Of a DNA stretch of 64,000 nucleotides, positions 17,443 through 29,841 are shown in pieces. The notes beneath the pieces were generated by a model that worked only from the letters and a program-made list of their open reading frames with translations, did no database searches and was not told the DNA's origin. Numbering within the stretch: the stretch's first letter is position 1; each line of letters starts with the position of its first letter. This DNA comes from Candidatus Zixiibacteriota bacterium (GTDB lineage: Bacteria; Zixibacteria; MSB-5A5; UBA10806; 4484-95), in contig JBBIRK010000007.1 of NCBI GenBank assembly GCA_037441845.1, positions 34,575-98,574 on the forward strand, given 5' to 3'. A program made the translations under genes and the position numbers.

Positions 17443-19308
17443 TTATTTGCCGAATAGTTTCCCATAGATATCCGATACCTCGAATGTTTCGAGATGAATA
17501 TCGGCGGCGTTGCCGGTGAAGGCGAACGATAGAGGTTGGTTATCTATCGGAGTTCGGCCGTTTTCGCCATAGACTATCGCGCTCAACAATCCGTTCTTAT
17601 CCGACCACTGAATTTTTAATCCGGGTTTGGCGACAATATCGGAAATCTCAACGCCTTCATGTCTGATTCTGAGTAACACGCCAGCGGCCTGGTTTTCAGC
17701 GCTTATATTTACTCGGGCACGATTGCTTGCGATATCCAGCGTCACGTCCGCTTTACCCGGACCGGAATATCCGAGCGGAGGCGTAATCGATCCGTTAATC
17801 ACATTCAAAACATAGATTAAATCGGCGATCGAGGCCGGAATTCCATCCCGGTTGCAATCCGCGGCCGCCATCTGGACCGGATTGAGAGGATTGCCGACGG
17901 GATCGATAAGATATTCCGCCAGGGTGACGGCGTCGCCCACTTCGAACGGGCTGCCGTTCAGGTTGATATCGCCCACCAGATAGTCGCCGGTGGACAGAAA
18001 ACGCACGCCGCCCGGCTCGATAACCGGATGGAAAACCATATAGCCGCTGCTGTCGCTTAAGACGTTCGATGAGAGATCATCGGTTGGCATGCCGAACGCA
18101 AGCATCATGCCGCCCAGACCTGGATCATTGCGGGTGTTGAAATTCAATCGGGCGATTCTATATTCGGTGCCACGCAACAGGGGATGCCCGGCTCCATATA
18201 GATTGGCGACCCCGATCATACGCACTGAACCGGGGCCGAGCGGATCAGGAGTCGTGAAAGTATAGTCCCAACGGGAAATCGTATCGAGGTACGAGACTCC
18301 TTGAAGCGTTAAAACGGCTGGGTCATATGTTAACAGGATATTGAACGCGGCAATCGAGGAAAAACCGCCCTCGACTTTCAATCGAATCGTTATCTCGGTC
18401 GGAAATCCGGGGAGAATCGTGTCGGTTTCGATCTGAAGAACAATCGGCCTGACATCGAAAATCACCCTATTTATATCGGTGGAACCATGATTGTCGGTGG
18501 CCACGAAATTGGCGCTGTAAACCGCCCTAAGGGTTTGCGCCGGCGTCCATCGATACTCGGAACGGGCATAGCCGGCTTGACGCTCCAACTGAACCAAGGT
18601 GTCGCCCGTTATCGGATCATCGAGATTCAGCCATATAGAATCATTGTCGGAGTCGGTGGCGATAAACGGCAACCTGACCGGGAAAAGGCCGTTCACTATG
18701 TAGGTCGTATCGGGAGGAGAGATGATGGTGGGCGGATGGCCGCCTTGAAAATGAAGCCGGGAAAATCGCGTCCGCGGCACGATTGGGTTCCAGAATTCGT
18801 CGAACAAGACGGTGAAGCCCTGGGTGGGATCCTCGCCTCCAAACAGCTGACTATAGTCGCCGCGGGCCGAGGTATCGGCGGTGGTATGGCCTCTGAATGC
18901 GCCGATTAAAACCCACTGAAACCCGGTATTGATATAATTGGGCAAAGGCAAAGTAAAATCGGCTATACCAAGGAACGTCTGGGTTGTCAAGCCGGGTTGA
19001 GGCCAGCCATCCGCCGGGGACATAAATTGAAGATCCCAACCGGTCATCGGCCCCATGGCTATACCGCCGTTGCGCGATGTTACGTAAAAATTTTGCGTGG
19101 CCAAGGACAAATTCATGAATGCGATATTCTCGTCGCATTTCAACCAAATAGGCACCGCAAAATCGACATCCAAATCAACCAATATCGGCGAGCCGTCAAG
19201 ATTGCCGAATACCAGCGAGTCCAACATTCCCGGGTCCTGGCCGATTGCCCCCTCAGCCATCACCAGGGCCGCCGCCAGAATCATTACAGGAAGCAGCCCT
19301 TTCATCAT
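17443..19308 (-). CDS. Secreted cohesin-like / Ig / cohesin / variant dockerin protein lacking a CTD
   Basis: Signal peptide then QDPGMLDSLVFGNLDGS; AAFNILLTYDP; GDINLNGSPFEVGD...DCNRDGIPASIAD; paralog of the neighbouring gene. Confidence 0.85.
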   Translation of the reverse strand: MMKGLLPVMILAAALVMAEGAIGQDPGMLDSLVFGNLDGSPILVDLDVDFAVPIWLKCDENIAFMNLSLATQNFYVTSRNGGIAMGPMTGWDLQFMSPADGWPQPGLTTQTFLGIADFTLPLPNYINTGFQWVLIGAFRGHTTADTSARGDYSQLFGGEDPTQGFTVLFDEFWNPIVPRTRFSRLHFQGGHPPTIISPPDTTYIVNGLFPVRLPFIATDSDNDSIWLNLDDPITGDTLVQLERQAGYARSEYRWTPAQTLRAVYSANFVATDNHGSTDINRVIFDVRPIVLQIETDTILPGFPTEITIRLKVEGGFSSIAAFNILLTYDPAVLTLQGVSYLDTISRWDYTFTTPDPLGPGSVRMIGVANLYGAGHPLLRGTEYRIARLNFNTRNDPGLGGMMLAFGMPTDDLSSNVLSDSSGYMVFHPVIEPGGVRFLSTGDYLVGDINLNGSPFEVGDAVTLAEYLIDPVGNPLNPVQMAAADCNRDGIPASIADLIYVLNVINGSITPPLGYSGPGKADVTLDIASNRARVNISAENQAAGVLLRIRHEGVEISDIVAKPGLKIQWSDKNGLLSAIVYGENGRTPIDNQPLSFAFTGNAADIHLETFEVSDIYGKLFGK

Positions 19309-19321
19309 CTCACCTCTTCTA

Positions 19322-21499
19322 TTATTTGATCAGGGTAGCTTTTCTTACCTCGCTAAATTCATTGATTTTCATACGGTAAAAATAAATCCCCGAGACCACC
19401 GCGGAGCCGACATTGTCACGCCCGTCCCAGACCACCTCATACCGACCCGGCTTGTAATCCGCATTCAACAGATTGCGGACCATTCGCCCGTTGATATCGA
19501 ATATGTCAATCGAGACGCGACCTTCGGCGGCCAGCGCAAATCCGATTTTCGTCGCCGAATTGAACGGATTCGGGTAGCTTTCGAATAAGGCATACTCCCG
19601 GGGAACCGCCGGTCGGCTTGACACTAAACGCCCACCTTGGTCGGAGGCCTGCATCTCGGCTATTACAATCGTTCCAGCTTGATATGAACCGAGTGCTCGG
19701 AAAGAAAGCAACCTGGATTCGCCGGAAATAACCCGACTTACGCTCTGATCGTAAATCAGCACCGAAAGAACCTGACCGTCATCATGATAGGCAAATTGCA
19801 GGTCGCTTTGGTTCTGGATCGCACCCAATTCCACTCCTCTGTGATCGATTCTGGTCAAAACGGCCGCCACGGGAACAGATGAATTCATAAGCAGTTCGAA
19901 ACCGCCATCCCCTGTTTCCGGCAGACTGAACTCCACGAGGGCATCCCCGATATCCGGTTTCGGCGGAGGCGGAATATTGCCGTTTACGATATTCAGCAAC
20001 AAAACCAAATCGGCCACCGTTCTCGGGATACCATCGCTATTTATATCGGAAGCCTGAATCTGAACTGAAGTAAAAGGGAACATGGTCGGATTGATCAAGT
20101 GGTTGATGAACAAAACCACATCCCCGGTTTCATAGGGAATGCCGTTGAGATTGATGTCGCCGACCGTCACCTGACCCGGCCCTATCACGCGGACTGACCC
20201 ATCGGTCAATTCGGGGTGAATGAGCAAATAACCGCTGGAATCGGCGAGCGTGTTATCGGTAACGTCCTGGGTGAGGAAAACCACGGGCAAGGTGGCTCCG
20301 ATAAGCCCTTCATCGGAAGACAAAGCGAAATTGAGGTTGAAAATCGTTCCGGTCCCCGGTGCAAGCGGCGGCGCGAACGGCCCTCCATAGTTATTCGCCA
20401 AGCCCACCACCCTTACGGTCCCCGGCCCGGCGTCGTCGATATTCGCGTTGAAATATTCCCAGGTCGAAAGCCTTGACGACCGAGTCACACTCGACAGTGT
20501 TAGAACCTCATAATTCCATCCCAGCAGAATTTCGAACGCACCCACGCTGGAGGTCGAGCCGCTATTGTTCAGCGACACCGGCATTACGATACTCGCCCCC
20601 GGCACGGCGGTCATGGAGGCCGCCACCAGTCCCGAACGGGTTATGGCCATATCTATATTGCAATCGACTACTCCGCCCTGGCCGTCATCGACGGTGAAAG
20701 TTAGGCTGTAAGTAGAATCAGCTCCCTGCGGAACAACCCAGCGGAATCGATATTGAATATGACCCGGAACGTTAATAAGCTGCTGGAAAGTATAACCGGT
20801 GCCCGAAAAATCGACGTTTAGTGTCATGGAGTCATCATCTTCATCGGTGCAATCCACGACATAGGACACCTCAAATCCCTCGTCAACGGTGATGCTTCCG
20901 CTGCTCGGGCTGTTGAACACCGGCGGATTATTCGGGGGAAAATACAATTTCGCATACCGGGTGACGGGAACCCAATTGAACGTGCCCGAGGCATCGGAAA
21001 AGATCAGCGTTCCGTTCTGCGGATTGGCCCCCGGAAAAGTCTCCATCGTGTCGCCCAGTATGTTGACGTCGCTTGTCGTGTGCATACGAAACTCGGCGAT
21101 TCTGACCCAGGCGTAATTCGTATGCAGCATCGGATTCGGCCCCCCGTAAAGATCCGACCATCCGAGGATAGACTGGCTGCTTATGCCGTTCGTCGGATAG
21201 TCGTAGTTAGGGGTAAGAAATGAAATGTCATCCCATGAGGTCAGCGGGGCGAACACTTGTCCTCCCAGCCTGGTGGCGATATAGTCGTTGTCTGTGCCCA
21301 GGGGGATATGAACGAAAGCCACGCTGTCATCGGTTTTCGCCCAAACGGATATTACAACATCGGTGTTGAGCGACGCCAGAATGATGCTGCCGTCTAAGTT
21401 GCCGAAAATAAGCGAATCAGGCAAGCCCGGATCTTGCCCGAAGGCTGCCCCTCCGACCAGGACCAGCAATACCAGCCCTAGAAATACACTCCTTGACAT
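19322..21499 (-). CDS. Secreted cohesin-like / Ig / cohesin / variant dockerin / T9SS-CTD protein
   Basis: ATG 21499 after GGGAG; QDPGLPDSLIFGNLDGS; GDINLNGIPYETGD...SDINSDGIPRTVAD; CTD YPNPFN...SGIYFYRM...KATLIK. Confidence 0.85.
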   Translation of the reverse strand: MSRSVFLGLVLLVLVGGAAFGQDPGLPDSLIFGNLDGSIILASLNTDVVISVWAKTDDSVAFVHIPLGTDNDYIATRLGGQVFAPLTSWDDISFLTPNYDYPTNGISSQSILGWSDLYGGPNPMLHTNYAWVRIAEFRMHTTSDVNILGDTMETFPGANPQNGTLIFSDASGTFNWVPVTRYAKLYFPPNNPPVFNSPSSGSITVDEGFEVSYVVDCTDEDDDSMTLNVDFSGTGYTFQQLINVPGHIQYRFRWVVPQGADSTYSLTFTVDDGQGGVVDCNIDMAITRSGLVAASMTAVPGASIVMPVSLNNSGSTSSVGAFEILLGWNYEVLTLSSVTRSSRLSTWEYFNANIDDAGPGTVRVVGLANNYGGPFAPPLAPGTGTIFNLNFALSSDEGLIGATLPVVFLTQDVTDNTLADSSGYLLIHPELTDGSVRVIGPGQVTVGDINLNGIPYETGDVVLFINHLINPTMFPFTSVQIQASDINSDGIPRTVADLVLLLNIVNGNIPPPPKPDIGDALVEFSLPETGDGGFELLMNSSVPVAAVLTRIDHRGVELGAIQNQSDLQFAYHDDGQVLSVLIYDQSVSRVISGESRLLSFRALGSYQAGTIVIAEMQASDQGGRLVSSRPAVPREYALFESYPNPFNSATKIGFALAAEGRVSIDIFDINGRMVRNLLNADYKPGRYEVVWDGRDNVGSAVVSGIYFYRMKINEFSEVRKATLIK

Positions 21500-21619
21500 C
21501 TTGATCTCCCCTTCAAGTTTTTTGATCTTTAAGCAGAACCGCCATTTTGCGAAGATGCATAAGAACGGGCGGCGGCCCGCCGTTACCAAAGTTAAACATT
21601 ATATACGAAAAAGCAAGCA

Positions 21620-22141
21620 TTAATTCCCTTTGCTGTCGAGCCTGCCGATACGGCTGTCCAATTCGCTTATAGCTTTTTCGAATCGACGCTGCAATTGCAC
21701 CCTGTTTCTCAGCGCCGAGTCCGCATCGCCGGGGATTAGTTTCTCGATAGGGCGGTTATCGGCGATCGCCGGCTCCGATTCGGGACGAGTGAATAAAGAG
21801 CATAACTCGAACGTCTCATAAGGACATTCCGGCCAGTTGTTTTGCCAACAGATCAGAAAGTCGAAATGCAATTCGTGTTTTTCCGCCGCCGCAGCGTCTT
21901 TGAGTTCGGAGCTTTTATAAGCGATCGCCAGCACCGCTTTCTCCCATAACGAATCGCCCGATTGGCTGTCGCTATGCCGGCGGCGGGCGACGACATACGA
22001 ACAATCAGCCGCCGTTTCCTCGATTAGGAAATCGAATTCCTCGAGCAATCGCCCCAGAATCAACAACACGCCGGCCCGGTTGGTGGGGGCATAGACTATA
22101 CCCCGCCGGCCGACCAGATCACCAACAACCGATTTTCTCAT
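21620..22141 (-). CDS. Hypothetical protein, possibly a degenerate restriction-endonuclease-like fold
   Basis: ATG 22141; YAPTN..GV...G and DFLICWQNNWPECP motifs, recognised by eye only. Confidence 0.5.
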   Translation of the reverse strand: MRKSVVGDLVGRRGIVYAPTNRAGVLLILGRLLEEFDFLIEETAADCSYVVARRRHSDSQSGDSLWEKAVLAIAYKSSELKDAAAAEKHELHFDFLICWQNNWPECPYETFELCSLFTRPESEPAIADNRPIEKLIPGDADSALRNRVQLQRRFEKAISELDSRIGRLDSKGN

Positions 22142-22361
22142 AAGCTTCCCGCCAGCTGCCAAACAGAAAAGAAGCGTTAATGTCAGCGATAATTCTTTTG
22201 AATGATACAATCCGCACTTTGGCAAGGCAAGATATATTTTGGCGGGATCCCAAGCGCGCCGGGAATAATAGTCTTTTCGGAAATTTCGCAAGAAAGTGCG
22301 GAATATTGTCGGACTCTCCAGATTTGCAATCACGCCTCAACGTCCGTAATCCAACTTCCTT

Positions 22362-24880
<2,519 letters not shown>

Positions 24881-24884
<4 letters not shown>

Positions 24885-25948
24885 ACGACCAAGAAACCAG
24901 GACATCTCGGCTGAGATTGGAAACGGTGGTCTTGCCGGTCATAGCGGTCTGCGCCGCTTGCGTCATTTTTTATTACGGCGCGCCCGTGTTGGTTCCTCTG
25001 ACCGTGGCCGCTTTAACGGCCTATACATTGACTCCGATAGTGGAGTTTTTGAAAAGGCGCAAAATCCCGCATATCATGGCGGTGATATTGGTGATGCTCG
25101 CCTTGATCGCGCTCGGGGCGTTGATAATGCTGGTGATAATATCGGAGCTGACTTCGTTGGGCGATAAAATTCCCGATTATCAACAGACCGCTCAGGAACA
25201 TTTGAACAAGGTGCAGGTTTATCTCGACCGTGAATTGGCGCCGTTCGGCGGATCAAGCACTTTCATGAAAAATCTCAGAATCGACCAAATAAATCCTGGG
25301 ACGGTCGTGAAGATCGTATTCAAAGGGGCCGGTTCGCTCGGCTCGTCGATATTATCCGCGCTGTTGCTCATATTCATGACCTTTTTCATCCTGGCCGATT
25401 ATCGCTTGTATCTCGACAATATCGCATTGCTTTTCGGCAAAAAACACCGCCAAGCGCAATTGGATATCCTGCATGATATAGACTATCAGCTGCGCGGTTT
25501 CATAATGGTGAAACTAAAAGTAACCGCTCTTATGACTACCGCCATGACGATATTGTTTTTGATTTTCGGAATCCCCTATTCTTACCTCTGGGGGCCGTTC
25601 GCCGGAATTATGAATTTGATCCCCTATGTCGGCCCCATAATTGGTGCCGTGCCTCCGCTGATCGTGGCGGCTGTCACAACCGGCAGTTCTGCTAAAGTGA
25701 TAGCCCTGGGCGCCATTTTTCTGGCGATTCAAATTGTCGAATCCAACTTTATCACTCCCAGGCTCACCGCCGACAGGGTGGATCTGAATCCGTTGGCGGT
25801 GATGGTATCCTCGATCATCTGGGGTTATCTTTGGGGGGCGGTCGGGGTGATTCTGGCGATCCCGATTACCGCCGCCATAAAGGTTTTTTGCGACAATACC
25901 GAGGCATTGGAACCGATTGGGATATTACTCGGCAACCGGGCCCGTTAG
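24881..25948 (+). CDS. AI-2E family transporter
   Basis: Multi-TM; NLIPYVGP, QIVESNFITP, WGAVGVILAIP motifs; TTG start overlapping the upstream stop. Confidence 0.9.
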
Positions 25949-25972
25949 TAAGCGCGGGACTCAAGCTCAAAG

Positions 25973-27118
25973 GTGACGATCAAGATGAACGCTGCAAAAA
26001 ACGAATATCTGAGCTGGTACAAAGATATCGAACAGGGCCTGGCCAAGCGCGGTGATTCGCACATCTTGATGTCGAGCTCGGTCGAGGAACCGTTCGATCT
26101 GCTACATGAACATCTGCAAAAAAACGAAACGCAATTCGGGGAGTTCCTCAGGACCGCCAACTCCTGGGGACTGCCGGAGCTGTTCGATTGCCTGAGCCTT
26201 CGGTATGGGGTCCCCAAGGACAATCTGCTTCCTGCCGCGGGAACATCCAATGCGCTTTATCTTGTTTGTCGGGCGCTTCTGGAGCCGGGCGATGAGGTGG
26301 TGGTGGAAAATCCGTGTTATCAGCCATTGACCGTGGTGCCCGGTTCGATCGGGGCGCGGATCCGCCGATTCGAACGCCGACCGCCTGATTTCGATATCGA
26401 TATGGATTCATTAAAACAGATGTTGAACAAAAAGACCAAGCTGCTGATAATTACTAATCTTCATAATCCGAGCGGGGCGAAAACAGACGATAATAAATTG
26501 CGTGAAATCTCTAAACTGCTTCCCCGGTATTCTCCTCGGGCGCATATACTGGTCGATGAGGTGTATCATGATTTTACGATCGATTCACAAGCACCGGCAT
26601 TCATGCTGGGACCGGAATTCATTTCGATCGGCAGCCTGACCAAAGTTTATGGTCTGGGTTTTCTTCGTTGCGGTTGGATATTTGCACGCGATGAACTGAT
26701 TTCTAAAATAAGAGAAATTCAATTAGCCGTGGAGGGAGTAGGCTCCCGGGTCCTTGAGGCCATATCCATAATAGTGTTGGAAAATCTCGAGCAGTATCTG
26801 CGCCGGTCCAGAGAAATCATAGCCGAAAACAAACCGGTGTTATTTCTGGAAATCGACCATTTAATCGAATCGGGATTGATACAAGGTGACTTGCCCGAAA
26901 ACGGCTGCATCTGCTTTCCCCAAGTGACGAATCTATCCGATACCGATAAATTATGTGAAAATCTCCGTGAAAAACATGGGGTCTTCGTGGTTCCGGGAAA
27001 ATTTTTCGGTGCGCCTCGACACATAAGGATTGGCTTTGGAACATCACCAGGCAAATTCAGCAAAGCCATAGAACAATTCCGGATTGGACTGCTGGACTTG
27101 ATCGGAGGACAGACTTAA
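25973..27118 (+). CDS. PLP-dependent aminotransferase, class I/II
   Basis: NLHNPSG, DEVY, SLTKVYGLGFLRCGW. Confidence 0.9.
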   Translation: MTIKMNAAKNEYLSWYKDIEQGLAKRGDSHILMSSSVEEPFDLLHEHLQKNETQFGEFLRTANSWGLPELFDCLSLRYGVPKDNLLPAAGTSNALYLVCRALLEPGDEVVVENPCYQPLTVVPGSIGARIRRFERRPPDFDIDMDSLKQMLNKKTKLLIITNLHNPSGAKTDDNKLREISKLLPRYSPRAHILVDEVYHDFTIDSQAPAFMLGPEFISIGSLTKVYGLGFLRCGWIFARDELISKIREIQLAVEGVGSRVLEAISIIVLENLEQYLRRSREIIAENKPVLFLEIDHLIESGLIQGDLPENGCICFPQVTNLSDTDKLCENLREKHGVFVVPGKFFGAPRHIRIGFGTSPGKFSKAIEQFRIGLLDLIGGQT

Positions 27119-27145
27119 AAGCCGCGGCTGCCCGCAAAAGTGATT

Positions 27146-27511
27146 TTATTCAAGCGCCCTATATTTATCCTGTTGAAATCCGGGTGAACAGATGCAGTAA
27201 AAGATAAGATCTTCCTTTCCAGTATTGGTAATCCTCTGACCGCATCCGGCCGGTATAAGAACGAGATCGCCGCTTTCGACGGGCTGCGGCGGCAGGTCAC
27301 CCACCTCCATCAATCCGGCTCCGGACACGATAAGATATCTTTCGTCAATCCCATCGAGAACGTGCCGCATTGTGGTAAACCCCGGTTCCACACGCGCTCG
27401 GGCGATCGAAATCGCGGAGTCGGTCGGTCGGTTGACAAGTTCGAGGATATGGCAACGTTCTATCGTAAGATATTCATTGCCTTCGTCCGGCTTGACAATC
27501 AGCGGTTTCAT
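27146..27511 (-). CDS. Cupin domain protein
   Basis: H...ERYLIVSGAG...GDLVLIPAG..QRITNTG. Confidence 0.85.
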   Translation of the reverse strand: MKPLIVKPDEGNEYLTIERCHILELVNRPTDSAISIARARVEPGFTTMRHVLDGIDERYLIVSGAGLMEVGDLPPQPVESGDLVLIPAGCGQRITNTGKEDLIFYCICSPGFQQDKYRALE

Positions 27512-27683
27512 CTGCCGATATCCATTTTATTGGGGGCGGCGATAAATTTCGTATACTCGGACTCAGCCGAATTTTCCGCCTCGCCGGCCATAAAGACGCC
27601 GCTTATGCCCCATGCCGGCGATTTCTCTGATTAGAATTTCATCCGTCACGAAACAGCGCCGGCATTTGGGATTCGGATGGTCG

Positions 27684-28802
27684 CTATAATTTTTCGGCTA
27701 TCGCCCGGGCCATTTCAATAGTGGTATTTTTGCCGCCCATATCGTAAGTGCGGACCTTCCCCTCGCTGATTACCGCGGCCACCGCCCGATCGAGAATCGC
27801 CGCCTTCTCGGTTTCGCCGAGCCAGTCGAGCATCATTTTGGCCGACAGAATGCAGGCGATCGGGTTTACCTTGTATTGGCCGGCATATTTCGGCGCCGAT
27901 CCATGAGTCGGTTCGAATACGGCAAGTTTTTCGCCAATATTTCCCGAACAGCCGAATCCGAGACCGCCGACCATCTGGGCGCAGAGATCGGAAATGATAT
28001 CGCCGTAAAGATTGGGTGCGACCAGCACCTCATAATTGAACGGATTTTTCAGAAGCCACATGGTGATGGCGTCGATATTGGCGTCATCCATGACGATTTC
28101 CGGGTAATCTTTCGCCACATCCTTGGCGATTTCGAGAAACATTCCGTCGGTAGCCCGCACTACGTTGGCTTTGTGCACGACCGTAACTTTTTTACGATTG
28201 AATTTGCGGGCGTAATCGAAAGCAGCCTTTATAATCCGGCGGGAACCGGCGGCGGTGTTGATCTTGCAGGAGATGGCGAACTGATCCGGAGCCAGTTTCG
28301 CGAACGGCGCGAACGGCTTGGACAAGCGTCCAAGTAGACCGGCCAATTCCCCCGGCACAGGCGAAAACTCCACCCCGGCGTAGAGATCTTCGGTGTTCTC
28401 CCGGAAAACGACAAGATCGATGTTTTCCTTATAATTGAGAGGGTTGCCTGCGTATCCGCGGCAAGGTCTCAGGCAGATATAAAGATCGAACAGCTGACGC
28501 ATGCGGACGATGGGCGAACGGTAAGTCAGGTTTTTATTTTTTAGATCGGGCGCCAGTTCGGCTTGGGCCGCTTTCACCGGCTTGGAGGTGATTGCTCCAA
28601 ACAGCGCCGCATCGACGTTTTTAAGCAGGTTGATCGTCCGCTCCGGAAAAGCGTCTCCTTCCTTGCACCAGAATTCCCATCCGATATCGCCATGAATATA
28701 TTCGGCATCGATTTTTATTTTATCCAAAACTATCCGTGCCGCTTCCATGACATCGTTTCCCACTCCGTCGCCGGGCAACCAGGCGATCTTATACTTGGCC
28801 AT
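27684..28802 (-). CDS. Isocitrate/isopropylmalate dehydrogenase family protein
   Basis: PGDGVG, RENTEDLY, HKANV, NLYGDIISD, FEPTHGSAP; substrate specificity not resolvable. Confidence 0.92.
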   Translation of the reverse strand: MAKYKIAWLPGDGVGNDVMEAARIVLDKIKIDAEYIHGDIGWEFWCKEGDAFPERTINLLKNVDAALFGAITSKPVKAAQAELAPDLKNKNLTYRSPIVRMRQLFDLYICLRPCRGYAGNPLNYKENIDLVVFRENTEDLYAGVEFSPVPGELAGLLGRLSKPFAPFAKLAPDQFAISCKINTAAGSRRIIKAAFDYARKFNRKKVTVVHKANVVRATDGMFLEIAKDVAKDYPEIVMDDANIDAITMWLLKNPFNYEVLVAPNLYGDIISDLCAQMVGGLGFGCSGNIGEKLAVFEPTHGSAPKYAGQYKVNPIACILSAKMMLDWLGETEKAAILDRAVAAVISEGKVRTYDMGGKNTTIEMARAIAEKL

Positions 28803-28941
28803 CAAAACACCCTCGCGTTGGCTGTTAAGTTTTCCCTACCATCACTAATCTGGGACAAATTACTTTTCCGCCCTCGTCGATGCAACCTTTTTCGGAGCGT
28901 TGCAGCGATAAAAATCCGCCGCGACCATGAATGGCGCTCAA

Positions 28942-29841
28942 TCAGGGAGCGACTGTCACTGTCAGTCGATGGGAGCCGCCGAGATTGTTGTTATTGGAGA
29001 CAAATGCGTAATCGAAGGCAAAAAGACTGTATTTCAAACCCCCGCCGAAAGCGACGCCGCGCGAATCGTAGCCGAATCCATACCCCACTCTCAGCGCATA
29101 TCGATCATCGGGCAACCATTCGAGGCCGAAATTGGTCTTGGTATCGGTGTTGCGGGGAACGACGATATCGGCCGACAATCGGTAATGATCGAGATAAGGC
29201 GGCGAATATGCCGCGCCGAGACGGTATTCGAGCGGCAAAGGATAGCTGGCTTGTTCGAAACGGTATTTTCCGCCAACGTTCTTGGCTGCCGCGCCGACTT
29301 GCACTCCATAACCTATATCGAAAATTAACCCGAAATCGAACATCAACGCGCCGGCCGACGAATAATCGATTTTTTCGTAAGCATATTTAATGGCTAATCC
29401 GTAGTCTAAATCGCGAATCGTCCCAGCGGCCTGCAAGGACATGACGATATTGTTCTCCTCGAATTTCCCCAGCGGATCGGGGCTGGCCGTTTCACCGCGA
29501 CGTTCGATCCCGGCCACTTTCCCGATATTCAACAGACCGGCGAGGGCGTAATTCCCGATTTTGAAGCCGCAACTTAGGTTGCTTTGCGAAACGTCTTCGT
29601 AAATACGATTATAGGCAAAGGAGAATTGCGTGTTACCACTCAATCGCATCAAAAGGCTCGGATTATATCCGGCGGAAGATAGATCGCCGCCGGCAGCGGT
29701 AACGGCTTCGCCCAGAGCAGCCGGACGAGAACCGTAACCCTGGCGCAAAAATACGAATCCGACGTTATCGGCCATTGTTAATTCGCACAACTGAGAAAAA
29801 ACAAGCCAGACCAAAATCAAACCGAAAGATAAGTGTTTCAA
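28942..29841 (-). CDS. PorV/PorQ (UPF0164) family outer-membrane beta-barrel
   Basis: FL..GYGSRPAALGEA...YNPS; alternating beta-strands; ALRVGY, FDYAF, SHRL. Confidence 0.8.
   Translation of the reverse strand: MKHLSFGLILVWLVFSQLCELTMADNVGFVFLRQGYGSRPAALGEAVTAAGGDLSSAGYNPSLLMRLSGNTQFSFAYNRIYEDVSQSNLSCGFKIGNYALAGLLNIGKVAGIERRGETASPDPLGKFEENNIVMSLQAAGTIRDLDYGLAIKYAYEKIDYSSAGALMFDFGLIFDIGYGVQVGAAAKNVGGKYRFEQASYPLPLEYRLGAAYSPPYLDHYRLSADIVVPRNTDTKTNFGLEWLPDDRYALRVGYGFGYDSRGVAFGGGLKYSLFAFDYAFVSNNNNLGGSHRLTVTVAP

Noticed and set aside
571..21499. Calling the locus a true cellulosome
   Set aside because: No glycoside hydrolase, CBM3 or SLH domain is recognisable in any member.
27508..27683. Short ORFs between the dehydrogenase and cupin genes (e.g. 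MAGEAENSAESEYTKFIAAPNKMDIGR)
   Set aside because: No SD and no recognisable motif; only an ATGA overlap supports it.
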